Below, piece by piece: positions 30,204-41,797 of a stretch of DNA of 64,000 nt (position 1 is the stretch's first letter; the number at the start of each line of letters is the position of its first letter). Origin of the DNA: a virus. Its lineage: Duplodnaviria; Caudoviricetes. Location: the IMG/VR virus record IMGVR_UViG_3300046167_000798. The stretch is one strand, 5' to 3'. The notes under the pieces are model-generated. The model was not told where the DNA came from and searched no databases. It worked only from the letters and a program-made list of their open reading frames with translations. A program made the translations under genes and the position numbers.

Positions 30204-33200
30204 TTAGAAGAAAATACCAAGTATTTGATTTACGGATGCAAATGTACCAGTAAGTTTAAAAGTATTTCCTTTATACAAGAACACGATACCTTCATTTGGT
30301 ACAATTTTTTTAGAACCACCAATAGAATTTAATCTACCAAGTTCCAATTTAAGTTTTTCTATCTTTTTTGGGTCACCCGATTTCTTAACATCTTTGATTG
30401 TTTTATCAATTCGTTTTTTCATATCACGAACTGCTGAATCAGGATTAACTGTAAGTGCTGATGAAGTAAATTCTAATACTTCTGCTCCAAGACCAAGGAA
30501 AATCTGTTCGAACTTCATTAAGTTCTTCTTACCAATCTTCTTTTGGTCATCTTTATCTGTTTTCTTAGCCCATTCTAATGTTTTTTCATCAGTAATGTTC
30601 TTTTTATCTAATCTAAATCCCTTATCCATAAACGCCCATCTCTTAACTAACCCCATTTTGGTTTTGTTATCGAGTGTTGATGGTGAATTTTTATCAACCC
30701 ATTGTTCCCACCATGCTTGGTGATAGTTCGCAACACCATCAGTATCCTTTAAACCAAATTCTTTTTGTAGTTTAGATATCTGTGATGAGTATTTACTTCT
30801 TTTCTTTGATAAATCGGTAGATTTGGGTAGTTTTACAACAGGTGGGCCTTTGATTGTATAACTATCTTGTACATCTTTGTTAACTTGTTTAATCATACCA
30901 GCCAATATTCTAGCCGCATCACCATTCTCTCCAATTGCAACACCTTCTTCATTAAATTCCATAGTACCATGGAACACAAGTAACGCCTGACCATAAGGAA
31001 TAACGTTTACTGATGTTGGATATATCACTTCAAGGTTCATAAAACACGCACCTTGTTTAAAAATCTTATCTCTTTGTTTATCGTTAAGTGATTTGATTGC
31101 ATTTGAGAGGTCTTTCATTGCATAATTGTAAGCATCACTCAATCCACCCCTACCTTGGAACTTATCTGATACCCCTTGTATATCCAAAGCATTCTCACCT
31201 CTGTTTTTTAGGTGTCCTTTGTTTCTGGCCGCTACCAATCTACCATCTCTCCATGAAATAGCTAGTGCTTGACCATCTGTTTTCTCTCTTGTGAACTCTA
31301 ATGTACCTTCGAGTGCTCTATTTACGATATCTTTAAGTTGTCCAAAGGTTAAATTGATATCAGTATCAAATGGGTGAGACATATGTCCATACGCACCACC
31401 TTCTTGGAGTAATTTAGATTCGTTTATGTTTTCTTTGATTAGTTGTTGTGGTGTTTTAGTGTTCGGTAAAAACATTTCAACTAACTTATTATCAATATCA
31501 CTTATTAATTGTTCTATTTCATTCATAAACTTTTCCTTTTCTTTATTTTTAATCCACAATCCTATTTCAGGTCCTTTGATATCAGATGGAGCATCCTTTC
31601 CACCAATAGATAAGTTAAAGTTTACAAACTTTTTCATATCTTTTCCAACCAACTTACCAAATTTAAGGATTTGGTCATCTGATAAAGATGTTTTTTGTTG
31701 TAGTTTCTTGAATACTACAATTTCTTCTGGTCTAAAGTGTTGTAGTGATACTAAAAATACAATATTATTTTTTTCGTCATTAGAATAAGTTAATTTGTTT
31801 AATTGTTTTCCTAATACCGAAGGTGAATTCTTTTTTAATAGTGATGCAATGAACAAAATATAATCATTATCCTTGATGTAAGGTTTAGATATTTTAAGAT
31901 TTGGGAATATTAGTGAAGTGAATCCAATCTTATCATTCAACTCCATATACTTTTTAGTATCTTTAGCCTGATTTGATTGATTTTATAACCTCATCTCTAA
32001 CTCTTTCAAATGAAACTCCTTTAAGTGATGGGTCTTTTTGTAACGCATCAAGTAATTCTTTATCTAAGTTACCACCTAACCTTGCTTGGAATCTTAAAGC
32101 TCTTAGTTTTCTTAATGGGTCTTCATCAAATCTTTCTGATGCCTTACCAACTGTTCTAATGTTTTTCTTTTTAAGGTCTGCAATACCTCCAACTAAATCA
32201 ACTATCTCTTTTCTATCAATATCATAGAACAAAGCATTGATAGTTAAATCTCTTCTTCGTACATCACCCTCTATATCTGTATAATCAACCGATGAAGGTC
32301 TTCTACCTTTACCAATATCTTTTCTAAACGTTGCAATTTCATGTCCACCAACCATTACAACTCCGAATGATTTACCAACCTCAACAGTTTTCATTCCTAA
32401 ATCTTTTGCAATCTTTAACACCTCATCTGGTTTTGCATCTGTTGCTAAATCAAAATCCTTTGGTGATTTACCAAGTATAGCATCTCTTACTGCTCCACCT
32501 ACTACATAAAGTTTCTTACCATTCTTTTTAAATCCTTTTTGGATTTTAATGATATCAGATGGTACTCTTAATTTAAAGTTTTTACTTTCATCTAATCCAC
32601 TTCTATCGTGTTTAGAGAATTTACCTAATTTATCAAATGCTCTAAATGATTTTAGTTTATTTACTTTTTTAGGTGTCATTACAGATAGTTGTTTATATCT
32701 CATGTGGTTTTTAACAATGTAAAATACATTTGCTGGATTACCACCAACTGATTCTATAAACTTTTTATACTTCTTTACTAAAGATGCTGATACTTTCTCA
32801 TGTCCAAAGTGTGTAATGTGTCCTTTCTTTGGATGAATACCTGCAGTTTCATCTTTTCCTATATCATGGAACATTGCTGCTATTGCAATATCAATGTCAT
32901 CTTCTTTGATTGAACGATTTACAACTACGATTGTGTGTTTAAGAACATTTCCTTCAGGATGTTTATCTACTCTTTGACCAAAGTTTTTTAAATTGTAAAC
33001 TCTCTTTTGTAAATCAGAAGGCATCTTTTTAAATAAGGATTTGAAATCGGTGATTCCTAATTCTTTTAAACTTTCTTCAATTGGTTCGTATCCTCGTTTC
33101 TTAGTATCCTTTTCTTTTTCTTGATGTCCACCTAGTTTACCATCATCATCAAAATCTATTGTATCTGGTTCAGCTATTGAACCTCTTTTTGCATATGATG

Positions 33201-35070
33201 AATATGTATGATGTTTATTAAAATCTTTTTCAGCTTCTGATGAAGGTTTACTACTCTTTACAGATTTAAACTTATCTGTTACCTTTGTTGGTAACGATTC
33301 CTTTACTACATCTTCTTGTTTTTTACCTTGAAACTTATCAAATTCTTTTTGCCTAAGAGCTGGTAGAAATCTAAACTTAGCTCTTTTCATTATTCTACCC
33401 TTTTTTCTCACTACGTTCTTATGAACTACTTGTGATTGTTTGATAGTTAAATCAGATTTCTTTTTATCAGGAAATAAATCTTTCAAAAACTCATCATAAA
33501 CTTGTCTGTATGCCATTTTGTAAGCAATCTTTTTAAGTTTAGAAAGAGGTTTTCTTCGTTTCATTGTTCTGGCTCTTCTTCTTGCTATTTGAGCTTTCTT
33601 ACCAGCCATTGCCGCTTTTCTTCTCAATTTATCAGCAGGTCTCATTTTCCCTCGTTCATCGAGTTCTTCATTCAAACCCATTTTCTCTTTCCAAGAATCA
33701 AAAGCATCAAAATCGTACTCTCCTTTTTGAGAATCCCATCCACATGAATGACATAAATACTTTTCACTATCATCAGATTCTATTTCCCATTGGTGATTAC
33801 ATTTTTCACACTTAACTTCTGTTCCTGCAAGTTCTGAAATGAATCCTTCTTTAACCATTCTAAAGGTAACCACTTTTCTACCATTGATTGTTGGCATTCC
33901 ATGTTCATCTTTACCGATTGTTTTAACAACTGTTTTCTTGTTCTTAAATCTACCAGTCATAATAGTATCCCCAACTTTAATTGGTAGTACTATATTTTCA
34001 TTTAAAGATGCTTCGTATTCTTCTTGGGCTTTTTTATCACCTTTTTGAGAATCTAGTGATTGTTCTTTTTCATCTTTGTTAATATCCAATCCCTTTACCA
34101 ATTCGTAACCAACTAATGCCGCTTTACGAGTTACATGCTTAAACCATTTAGAATAAGCATCTGATGAATAGATATCAACTTGGTTAGTTGCAGTTGTTGT
34201 ACCAAGTACACCTGCTGGAAATGGAGTTACTGCTTTAACAGGTCCATTTGGGTATGTTGGATGGTCATAATAATCTTCTAATTCTTTAGTAGTAATCATA
34301 TTTACCACTTCGTATCCAATTCTCTTTGCTCTCTCTACATTTATCTTAGAGAAAACATCGTAGTTTGGAAACATGAAGTTTGGCCCATCATCTGCTTGAC
34401 CACTTCCCATTTTAGAACTCTCATTTAACAACCACTCTTCAATCATCTCTTTAGAAATTTCAATTCCCTCATCGAGTTTATCAGTAATCATACTGAAGAT
34501 AGTTGCATTAAACTTTCCATACGCTCTTTTCTTAAAGAAGTTCTTTTTCTGTTCATCAGAACCAACTGATAAACCATTTCTTACTTCTGTACCACTTACT
34601 GCACCACCAGACATTGGAGCTGCATAAACATATCCTCTATCTCTATATCCTTCCGATGGGTCTCCTTTATATGTTTGAAAGTATTTTCCACTATCAGGTC
34701 TTAATCTACTTTTATCTTTCTCGCCAACAACAGTTACAAATGCAGTTGTTTCTTCATCGAACTTTTTAAGAATTTCTGTGGGTTTGTATGGGTCTCTAAC
34801 TTTATGTATTTTGGATTTTGGAATTCCAAACATAGTAGTCATAATTTTCACCTTTTCTTTGAAGTTAAAAGGTGATTTAGGTAATTGTACCTTATCAGAT
34901 GTACCAACATAAACATTATCCTTACCGAACTTTTTGACAAGGTGTTGGTAAGTACCAGCATGTCCTTTGTGCATAGGCTGAAACCTACCCACATAGATAA
35001 CTACTGTTTTTTTAATAGGATTCTTATCCTCCATTATACTCTCTACGAGAAATTTGGAAAGTTCATTCAT
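30204..35070 (-). CDS. Multi-enzyme polyprotein (~1621 aa, one frameshift): HxGH nucleotidyltransferase, Zn ribbon, HD phosphohydrolase, CCA-adding enzyme, RNA-ligase-like domain
   Basis: GRFQPMHKGH and SGTEVR; CEKC...CHSC; HPEGNVLKHT...FHDIGK; VGGAVRD, DFD, RRDLTINA, EDPLR; EKTDG...EGIVF...FKLTG. Removing one base at 31967-8 gives KSAKDTKKYMELND, joining the two track ORFs. Confidence 0.8.
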
Positions 35071-35091
35071 ATTTGGTACACCTTATCAGTA

Positions 35092-35099
35092 TATAAATA
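35092..35099 (-). promoter_or_regulatory. Putative late promoter TATTTATA
   Basis: Intergenic, 21 nt upstream of ATG 35070. Confidence 0.55.
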
Positions 35100-36149
35100 T
35101 TAATTATATAAATTAAAGAAAGCATGTCCAGTTTTATCCAATTCTAAATCATGTGAATTGTTATTTAAAAACTCTAAATATTCTGGATTTGTAAATTTGT
35201 TTGTTTTAGCTATATTAAGTGCCGTTTGTCTGTTTCTTTCTAACTTGTTTGATATCAAATCATATAGTTTATTATAATCTTTATCTTTTAACCTATCTAA
35301 GTTTTCACAAATACCAATTATTCTTTCTGTTCTTGTTTCTTTTGAATCAAATGAATAATCAAATATTTCATCATACAACTCAAACCCAAATTCTTCTAAT
35401 GTTTTATGAAATCCCTTATATGAATATGTAATAAATGGCTGACCAACTAATAATGGTTTACAAGTTTTTTCAGATATACCTATTATTTCATCATCACTTT
35501 CGGTTACTAGATTTATCAAAGGATTTCCATAAGTTATATCGTGCCAATACCAAGACCATCCGTCTTGTTTAGAATCTGTGGTAAGTTTTTTATATTTGTT
35601 ATCAAAATACTTAAATTTATAATCATATACATCCCCATCCATTAACCAACTATAATTACCATAAGATAGTAAATCGTATTTAGATAAGGTATCCATCATT
35701 TCACATCTGAAATCATGTGGTTTATTATTTAAGTTTATAAATAAAGAACTTTTGGAATTGTTGGATATATTTTTAGATACATTATCAATATTGTAATTTT
35801 TGTTTTCATAATGTTTATAAACTAAAAAGTTTAAAAAGTAAAGTGGACTATCAAAAAACTTTATATTAGATAATTCTTTTCTATTGTACCAACTTGATTG
35901 TTTTTTGTAAAAAGAAAGTGCAAAAATTAAAGTTAAGTTATATCTTACTAATTTATTATTAATTTCTTCAAAATTTTCATGGCCAATTTCTCTTTCTTGC
36001 AAGTTTTCCATGTAAATATACTCACCCCCATCTAATATCACATTATGGATAAAAGAATTACTACAAGATGATTCATCATATTCTAGTATCATCTCTAGTA
36101 TTGTATCAGGAGAACCCTGCCCAATATACTGATGAACTGATTTACTCAT
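35100..36149 (-). CDS. GT10-like putative glycosyltransferase, paralog 1
   Basis: NLNNKPHDFR, NLVTES, SEKTCKP, QPF, GFELYDEIFDYSFD motif set. Confidence 0.5.
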   Translation of the reverse strand: MSKSVHQYIGQGSPDTILEMILEYDESSCSNSFIHNVILDGGEYIYMENLQEREIGHENFEEINNKLVRYNLTLIFALSFYKKQSSWYNRKELSNIKFFDSPLYFLNFLVYKHYENKNYNIDNVSKNISNNSKSSLFINLNNKPHDFRCEMMDTLSKYDLLSYGNYSWLMDGDVYDYKFKYFDNKYKKLTTDSKQDGWSWYWHDITYGNPLINLVTESDDEIIGISEKTCKPLLVGQPFITYSYKGFHKTLEEFGFELYDEIFDYSFDSKETRTERIIGICENLDRLKDKDYNKLYDLISNKLERNRQTALNIAKTNKFTNPEYLEFLNNNSHDLELDKTGHAFFNLYN

Positions 36150-36150
36150 A

Positions 36151-36282
36151 TTAATGATTTTTATAAATAAATGGGTCTCTTTTACGAAGTTCTTCTAATT
36201 TCTTTTTATATTGTTTTTGAAGCTTTCTTCTTTGTATTTTTTTTATTACCCAACCAAATAAAAAGTTATATATTTTTTTCAT
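36151..36282 (-). CDS. Small basic protein (43 aa)
   Basis: Below track cutoff; MKKIYNFLFGWVIKKIQRRKLQKQYKKKLEELRKRDPFIYKNH fills the gap exactly. Confidence 0.6.
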   Translation of the reverse strand: MKKIYNFLFGWVIKKIQRRKLQKQYKKKLEELRKRDPFIYKNH

Positions 36283-36286
36283 AATC

Positions 36287-36836
36287 TTAGTTTTTATAAT
36301 ATAATTCAGGATACTCTACTAGTATATGTATTCCCCCTTCGGATAAAGCCTTTCTTATATGCTGGTAATATCTTTTCTGCAGTATCTAATTTTTCAATAG
36401 TACAATTTGTAACCATTTGTTTAAAAGCATCTGTGTAATCTGCTTTGTGTTGATGACCAGGGTCTAATGGTTTATCAGAACCCTTACCAACTCGTATGAT
36501 TACATTTGGTTTCCATTGACCATCAGACATTACTTCTAACTTATCTAAATGATTAATTAATTGGTTTGCTGCAAGAATAACAAAATCCCATCTTGGATAA
36601 AAAGATATAACTTGATGGCCGGTCATTGCCAATCCAACTGTCATTCCCATTTGGGTTTCTTCCATTACTGGTGTTTCTATCATTCTTTCTTTTGGTAATC
36701 CCTCAATAGTTTTACTCATTGGGTTACCATAATAAACTATCTGTTGTCCGATGAATATTGTTTTATCATCTTCCATTGAAAGTTTCATTGCTTCTGTTAA
36801 AGCATCTAAGTACGGTGTAAATTCTGGTTGTGCCAT
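36287..36836 (-). CDS. TPP-dependent enzyme beta-type subunit (transketolase/E1-beta pyrimidine-binding domain only; ~182 aa, one frameshift)
   Basis: IETPVMEETQMGMTVGLAMTG..VISFYPRWDF..LAANQLINH; removing one base at 36349-50 gives KKALSEGGIHILVEYPELYYKN-stop. Confidence 0.8.
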
Positions 36837-37765
36837 TAGTTGTTTTCTTTAAAATAGTTATATGTTCTTTTTACTCCTTCTTCAAATCCTGTTTGAGGAA
36901 GTAGTCCATTCTTTTCTTGTATTGTGGTATTCATTCTTCTTCTTGGTTCTCCATTTGGTTTAGAAGTATCCCAATTCACTTTTATATCTTTACCACTTAC
37001 TTTTATAATTGTATCAACCATTCGTTTGATTGATATTTCTTCACCACTACCTAAGTTTGTAGTGATATGTAATTTATCTTCATAACATTTGATTGTTGCA
37101 TCAGCTACATCTCCCGCGTAGATGAAATCTCTTGTTGGTGTTCCATCTCCCCATCCTACAATCTCTCCTTCTGATTCATAAACCTTTTTGATATTAGCAG
37201 GTAGTGCCATTGCCCACTCACCAAAGTTATCATACTCACCAAAGATATTTGCTGGTCTTACAACTGTCCAATTTTTCCAATTGTGTTGTACACCATATGC
37301 TTCTAAGTACAACTCTGGTACTCTCTTACTCCACGATGGATACCAATCATGTTGTGATGGTAGGGTTTTCCATACTGTATCTTCAATGAATTCTGGTGCT
37401 GATTCATATACACCAACTGATGACATGAATACTAACCAAACATCTTTTCTAAAACAGTTTTCAATAATGTTAAAGTTTCCTTTGATTGATGGTTCTAAGA
37501 AATCAACAGGATTTTCTTTTGCTGTTTTGGGAGTTCCTTTAATACCAAACGAATTTATACATCCATCAAAATCATGCCAATCAAACAATACAGATACTTT
37601 TTTTGTATCTCTTAAATCTATATTATGAAATTTAAAGTTTTCTCTTTTTTCTTTTGGTTCTTTTAAATCTACACCTACTACAAAGTATCCTTTACTTATA
37701 AGTTTATTTACAATGTGAGTTCCAACTAAACCACTACAACCTGTTACTAAAACTGTTTTACTCAT
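36836..37765 (-). CDS. NDP-sugar epimerase/reductase, GDP-L-fucose synthase-like
   Basis: TGCSGLVG, MSSVGVY, YPSWSK, RPANIFG, WGDGTPTRDFIY. Confidence 0.8.
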   Translation of the reverse strand: MSKTVLVTGCSGLVGTHIVNKLISKGYFVVGVDLKEPKEKRENFKFHNIDLRDTKKVSVLFDWHDFDGCINSFGIKGTPKTAKENPVDFLEPSIKGNFNIIENCFRKDVWLVFMSSVGVYESAPEFIEDTVWKTLPSQHDWYPSWSKRVPELYLEAYGVQHNWKNWTVVRPANIFGEYDNFGEWAMALPANIKKVYESEGEIVGWGDGTPTRDFIYAGDVADATIKCYEDKLHITTNLGSGEEISIKRMVDTIIKVSGKDIKVNWDTSKPNGEPRRRMNTTIQEKNGLLPQTGFEEGVKRTYNYFKENN

Positions 37766-38708
37766 TTTCTATTTTTTTTATAATTGATTTTGCCAAAACT
37801 TCATGACATCTTTTCGATGGGTGATTATCTTTAATTCTAGGATTAAATGTATCATCAGTAGAAATCATCATTTCTTCATTATCTTTCATTAATTTTTGTA
37901 TTGTATTATACCCATCTTTATAATCAAGTTTTATAATTCTATCAGTAAACCACTTATCATCCTTCATATAATCATAATTCTTATCAATCCAAATTAAAAT
38001 TCTAACTTTAATTCCATTTTGCTCATACTTGATTAATTCTTTTTTTAATATTTTAGTTTTTTCTTTATAGAAAGAATCTTGCCACTCATCCAAAGTTAAA
38101 TTATTTTGCATTAACCACTCTATAAATAATTTATGAATTACAGGTTGTGGATTTGCAACTGAAATTCTGAAGGTTTGAGTATCCTTGTTCCAAAAATCAG
38201 TTTCCCATAATGAATTATCAGAAGTAAAATGTGGCCCTACTGATTCAGGATTTTCTTGAATACTCTGTTTTTCTTCCCATGTAAGTTTAACATCTTTTAT
38301 ATTTAATTTAAAATCAAATGAATTTCTTTCAGTAACAGAAGTTTGAAATATTATATAATCTATATCATTATAATCTAAACAATCTTTTGGAGGATTCTTC
38401 ATGATATGAGTTAACCAATTAAAATGGCCGTGGTTTTTATAAAATTCTTTATCAAAACATAATTTTAAAAATTTATAAGAAATATCATCAGAACCTCCAT
38501 TTGTACGCTTACTATATTCAAAGGTATTAAAGTGATTTGTAACTAGCCTTGAAAATCTAATAGTATCTTTATATAAGATATGAGAAACCTTAACTTTATC
38601 TTCAATATACTCACAATTTTTTGGATAATATATATCATCTAAATTTGAGTAAAACCACAATCCTTGTCCCCAAGTAAATGAATCTCCTGTAAAAACTATT
38701 CCTTTCAT
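37758..38708 (-). CDS. SGNH/GDSL-like hydrolase or acyltransferase
   Basis: N-term TGDSFTWG and C-term DNHPS (DxH). Confidence 0.6.
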   Translation of the reverse strand: MKGIVFTGDSFTWGQGLWFYSNLDDIYYPKNCEYIEDKVKVSHILYKDTIRFSRLVTNHFNTFEYSKRTNGGSDDISYKFLKLCFDKEFYKNHGHFNWLTHIMKNPPKDCLDYNDIDYIIFQTSVTERNSFDFKLNIKDVKLTWEEKQSIQENPESVGPHFTSDNSLWETDFWNKDTQTFRISVANPQPVIHKLFIEWLMQNNLTLDEWQDSFYKEKTKILKKELIKYEQNGIKVRILIWIDKNYDYMKDDKWFTDRIIKLDYKDGYNTIQKLMKDNEEMMISTDDTFNPRIKDNHPSKRCHEVLAKSIIKKIENE

Positions 38709-40018
38709 ATTATTTCGTATTTATCCAATACCCCATCTAAACTTAAATTATCAATTGAAGATATAATCTCAGTAATAGCATCTACTCTTCTTTGTTTAGG
38801 ATGTATTCTCTTTCTCCAAGTATTATGATTATGTTCAATTGTTGGTCTCATCTCTTCTAACATTTCAACCAATTCCTTTTCACTTTTTTTATTTAAATCT
38901 TCTAGTATTTTTATAATCATATTTAACCGAGTATCCAAATCCAACTCATCATCATAAGATTCATCCCACCACTTGTTAAATGTTTTATATCCTAATTTTT
39001 TAAGATATTTTAATGTATATGGTGAACTAATCATTAAAAAAGGCATATGTGCTGCTATTGGTTTAAATGTTTTTTCAGAAAAATATATTACGTTATGTTC
39101 TACGTTTGTTTCAGTAACAACCCATAAAAATGTATTTTTTGTATTTTTAAAATTCATTATTTGACCATGATAATCTCCTACTTCATTTCCATTCAATCCA
39201 TATTTTTCCCAATCTGACTCATCCAATTCAGGTAAATGCATTGGAGTAAGTTTAACAAAATTATTATATTCTTCTTCTGTAATTGAATAGTGTCTTGAAT
39301 CAAACAACTCCCACATTTCATCCGAAGGAGGTAATTCTATACTTTGATTTAAAAATGATACATTTCCCCTTTCTAATAAATTTTCTTTAACTAATTTAGA
39401 TACGAATAATAATCTACTAAGATGTCCTTTTCGATTATAACATACAAACAACTTATCTATATTTTCTTTTTTTTCATATTTTTCAGGTAAATTAAAACAA
39501 TTTATATGTGTCTCTGATGGTTGTGTAAATGGAATACAAACTAAATTAAATCTTTTCTTTTTACAAATTTGATTTGCTATTTGATTTTGATATACAAAAA
39601 ATACACTTCCTTTTGGTAATTTTAGATGTTTCATCATACTATTTAAATTTAGTAGTGAATATTCGGGCTCTCCCCATGGATGTAATCCACGACTTCCCCA
39701 ATAACCATCATCTCCAATTGTAATAACTATTTTAGCTTTTTTAGTTCTTATATCGTTTAGAATAGTTTCTGGTAAATTTTTAAAAACAGTAAATGGTTCA
39801 TCTTGTTTAAGAATTCTACTTGTCCAAAAATCTTCAGGCTTAAAAAATCCAAATTGACAAGAAAATAAAACAATGTAAGATTTTACAGAATTGATAAGAG
39901 TATCATTTATAAAAGTTGCGTTTCCTACATGCCTCATTCTTCCTCCTGAATCATTGATTAAGTTTGAATATTGAAACCCCTCAATAACTGCGGTTTTATT
40001 TTTAAAAATTACAGACAT
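38705..40018 (-). CDS. GT10-like putative glycosyltransferase, paralog 2
   Basis: CYNRKGHLSR, VVTET, SEKTFKP, MPF, WDESYD. Confidence 0.5.
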   Translation of the reverse strand: MSVIFKNKTAVIEGFQYSNLINDSGGRMRHVGNATFINDTLINSVKSYIVLFSCQFGFFKPEDFWTSRILKQDEPFTVFKNLPETILNDIRTKKAKIVITIGDDGYWGSRGLHPWGEPEYSLLNLNSMMKHLKLPKGSVFFVYQNQIANQICKKKRFNLVCIPFTQPSETHINCFNLPEKYEKKENIDKLFVCYNRKGHLSRLLFVSKLVKENLLERGNVSFLNQSIELPPSDEMWELFDSRHYSITEEEYNNFVKLTPMHLPELDESDWEKYGLNGNEVGDYHGQIMNFKNTKNTFLWVVTETNVEHNVIYFSEKTFKPIAAHMPFLMISSPYTLKYLKKLGYKTFNKWWDESYDDELDLDTRLNMIIKILEDLNKKSEKELVEMLEEMRPTIEHNHNTWRKRIHPKQRRVDAITEIISSIDNLSLDGVLDKYEII

Positions 40019-40026
40019 AAATTAAT

Positions 40027-40671
40027 TTAAAATACTACCCATTTTCCAGTACCATAATGTGGGTACTTTGATTCATACTTATAATACATTACATCTTCTG
40101 GTAATTCTCTCTGAATACCATTCCAAGTATCTAATGTTGGTGTGTTTGTACTTACACCATTATCTTCTACAATAAAATGAATAGGTAAATCATAATTTCT
40201 TGCATACTTGTGAACTTCATAAAAGATGCCACTTTCAAATGACATATCACCTACAAAAACCCAAACTTTTTCATCACTACCTTTTAGTTTAAGTGATTTT
40301 GCAACACCTAGTGCAATTGGTAAAGTTCCAGTAACAATTGCAGATGCATAAAAATTAGAATCTTTATCTACAATAGTAATTGATTTACCATCTAATATTT
40401 TTTGTTTAAGAACTTGTGGTTCTACCCCATGTAGTAATGCATGGTAATGAGACCTCCAAGTTGAGAATACCCAATCGGTTGGAGATATTTTTTTGAACAC
40501 TTCTATAAGTTGTTCTTCATTTCCATTAGATAAGTGTATAGGCCCTCTAATATCCCCACCTTCCCAATGTGATATAATATCATCTTCAAAGGCGATTAAA
40601 TCTTCCTTTGACCAATTTCCTTCTATCCATCTATCTTCGTGGTAATCTAAATTTTTAATTTCTGTTTTCAT
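40027..40671 (-). CDS. TPP-dependent enzyme alpha-type subunit (E1-alpha-like, 214 aa)
   Basis: GPIHLSNGNE, STWRSHYH, TPP-binding GD...(EDN) motif. Confidence 0.82.
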   Translation of the reverse strand: MKTEIKNLDYHEDRWIEGNWSKEDLIAFEDDIISHWEGGDIRGPIHLSNGNEEQLIEVFKKISPTDWVFSTWRSHYHALLHGVEPQVLKQKILDGKSITIVDKDSNFYASAIVTGTLPIALGVAKSLKLKGSDEKVWVFVGDMSFESGIFYEVHKYARNYDLPIHFIVEDNGVSTNTPTLDTWNGIQRELPEDVMYYKYESKYPHYGTGKWVVF

Positions 40672-41797
40672 AAATATTTAAAATTTCGTTAGGTATGTGA
40701 TTACTACCATGTGTTATTTTGTGTATAAGTTGTTTATTATATTCAAGTGTTGGCTCCATTAAATCATAAAGTTCATTATAATCTTTATTTTTTAATTTTA
40801 TTAGTTGTTCAATAATTAAATCATATCTTTTAAAAACATCTTCTTCATCGTCAAAAGAATAATCCAAAACATTATCATACAATTTAAAACCATACTTTAA
40901 AAGTTCTTTGTTTTGATTTGTAGAACCAAATGCAATAAAAGGTTGTTTTAAAAAAATACATCTAAATGTTTTTTCTGTAATGTAAGGAACATCCATTGAA
41001 GTTTCACCTGCCAAATTAAATAAGGCCTTTGGTGTTAAAATTCTATCAGAAAACTCACCAACAAAATTTTTATTTTTATTAGATATATCATCTAAGTTTA
41101 AAATTTCTTCATTCCAATATATAAAATCCTTATAGAAAGAATCATCTTTGATTATATCATTACCTACTCCTTCGGTATATAACTGATTCCAAGAAGTAAA
41201 ACCACAATCAAACAAATTTGAATTATATAACTTATCAATCATAATTCTTCTATGAATTCTTGGTCTTAAGTTCATATTCAGATACAATTTTTCAAAATCT
41301 TTTTCAATTTCTAAATCATAAACTTTACAATCTAATTTTCTTTCATTAATAAAATCTCTTCTTAGTTGTATATATGTGTGTTCTACTAACCAAGTAGGCC
41401 AATATATTATTTTAAATCTTTTTAAATTAATATCTTTAAGAAAATCTTGATATAGTTTAGGATTATCTGAACCATATACAAAATAAAAATTGCAATCTAA
41501 TTTTTCTAAATTAGTATCAAATTCTATAATTTTTTTATGTGTTCCTTCATATGCCCATTCATTAATAAAATCAATAAAAAAAGAAGATTGACATTCGGTT
41601 GGTAAAAATTGATACATATTTTTACAACTATTTTTTGATATATATTCAAGTGTATTACTTTCAAAGGAACTACCATCCTTAGAATAAAAATAGTTTGGTT
41701 GAGCAAAATAATTTATTCCGTCTAAGGTTTTGGATTCGGAATTACATATTGTTAAGATATAATCAAAAACTTTATTGTAAAAACTTCTTTCATCCAT
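40655..41797 (-). CDS. GT10-like putative glycosyltransferase, paralog 3
   Basis: NMNLRPRIHR, NLAGET, TEKTFR, QPF, GFKLYDNVLDYSFD. Confidence 0.5.
   Translation of the reverse strand: MDERSFYNKVFDYILTICNSESKTLDGINYFAQPNYFYSKDGSSFESNTLEYISKNSCKNMYQFLPTECQSSFFIDFINEWAYEGTHKKIIEFDTNLEKLDCNFYFVYGSDNPKLYQDFLKDINLKRFKIIYWPTWLVEHTYIQLRRDFINERKLDCKVYDLEIEKDFEKLYLNMNLRPRIHRRIMIDKLYNSNLFDCGFTSWNQLYTEGVGNDIIKDDSFYKDFIYWNEEILNLDDISNKNKNFVGEFSDRILTPKALFNLAGETSMDVPYITEKTFRCIFLKQPFIAFGSTNQNKELLKYGFKLYDNVLDYSFDDEEDVFKRYDLIIEQLIKLKNKDYNELYDLMEPTLEYNKQLIHKITHGSNHIPNEILNIYENRN

Noticed and set aside
33880-34010. PIKVGDTIMTGRFKNKK segment as an intein
   Set aside because: No Cys/Ser start, no His-Asn end and too short; more likely a small beta module.
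36162-36169. TATTTATA before 36149
   Set aside because: Lies inside the 43 aa ORF (codons for FIYK) and only 12 nt from the start; ambiguous.
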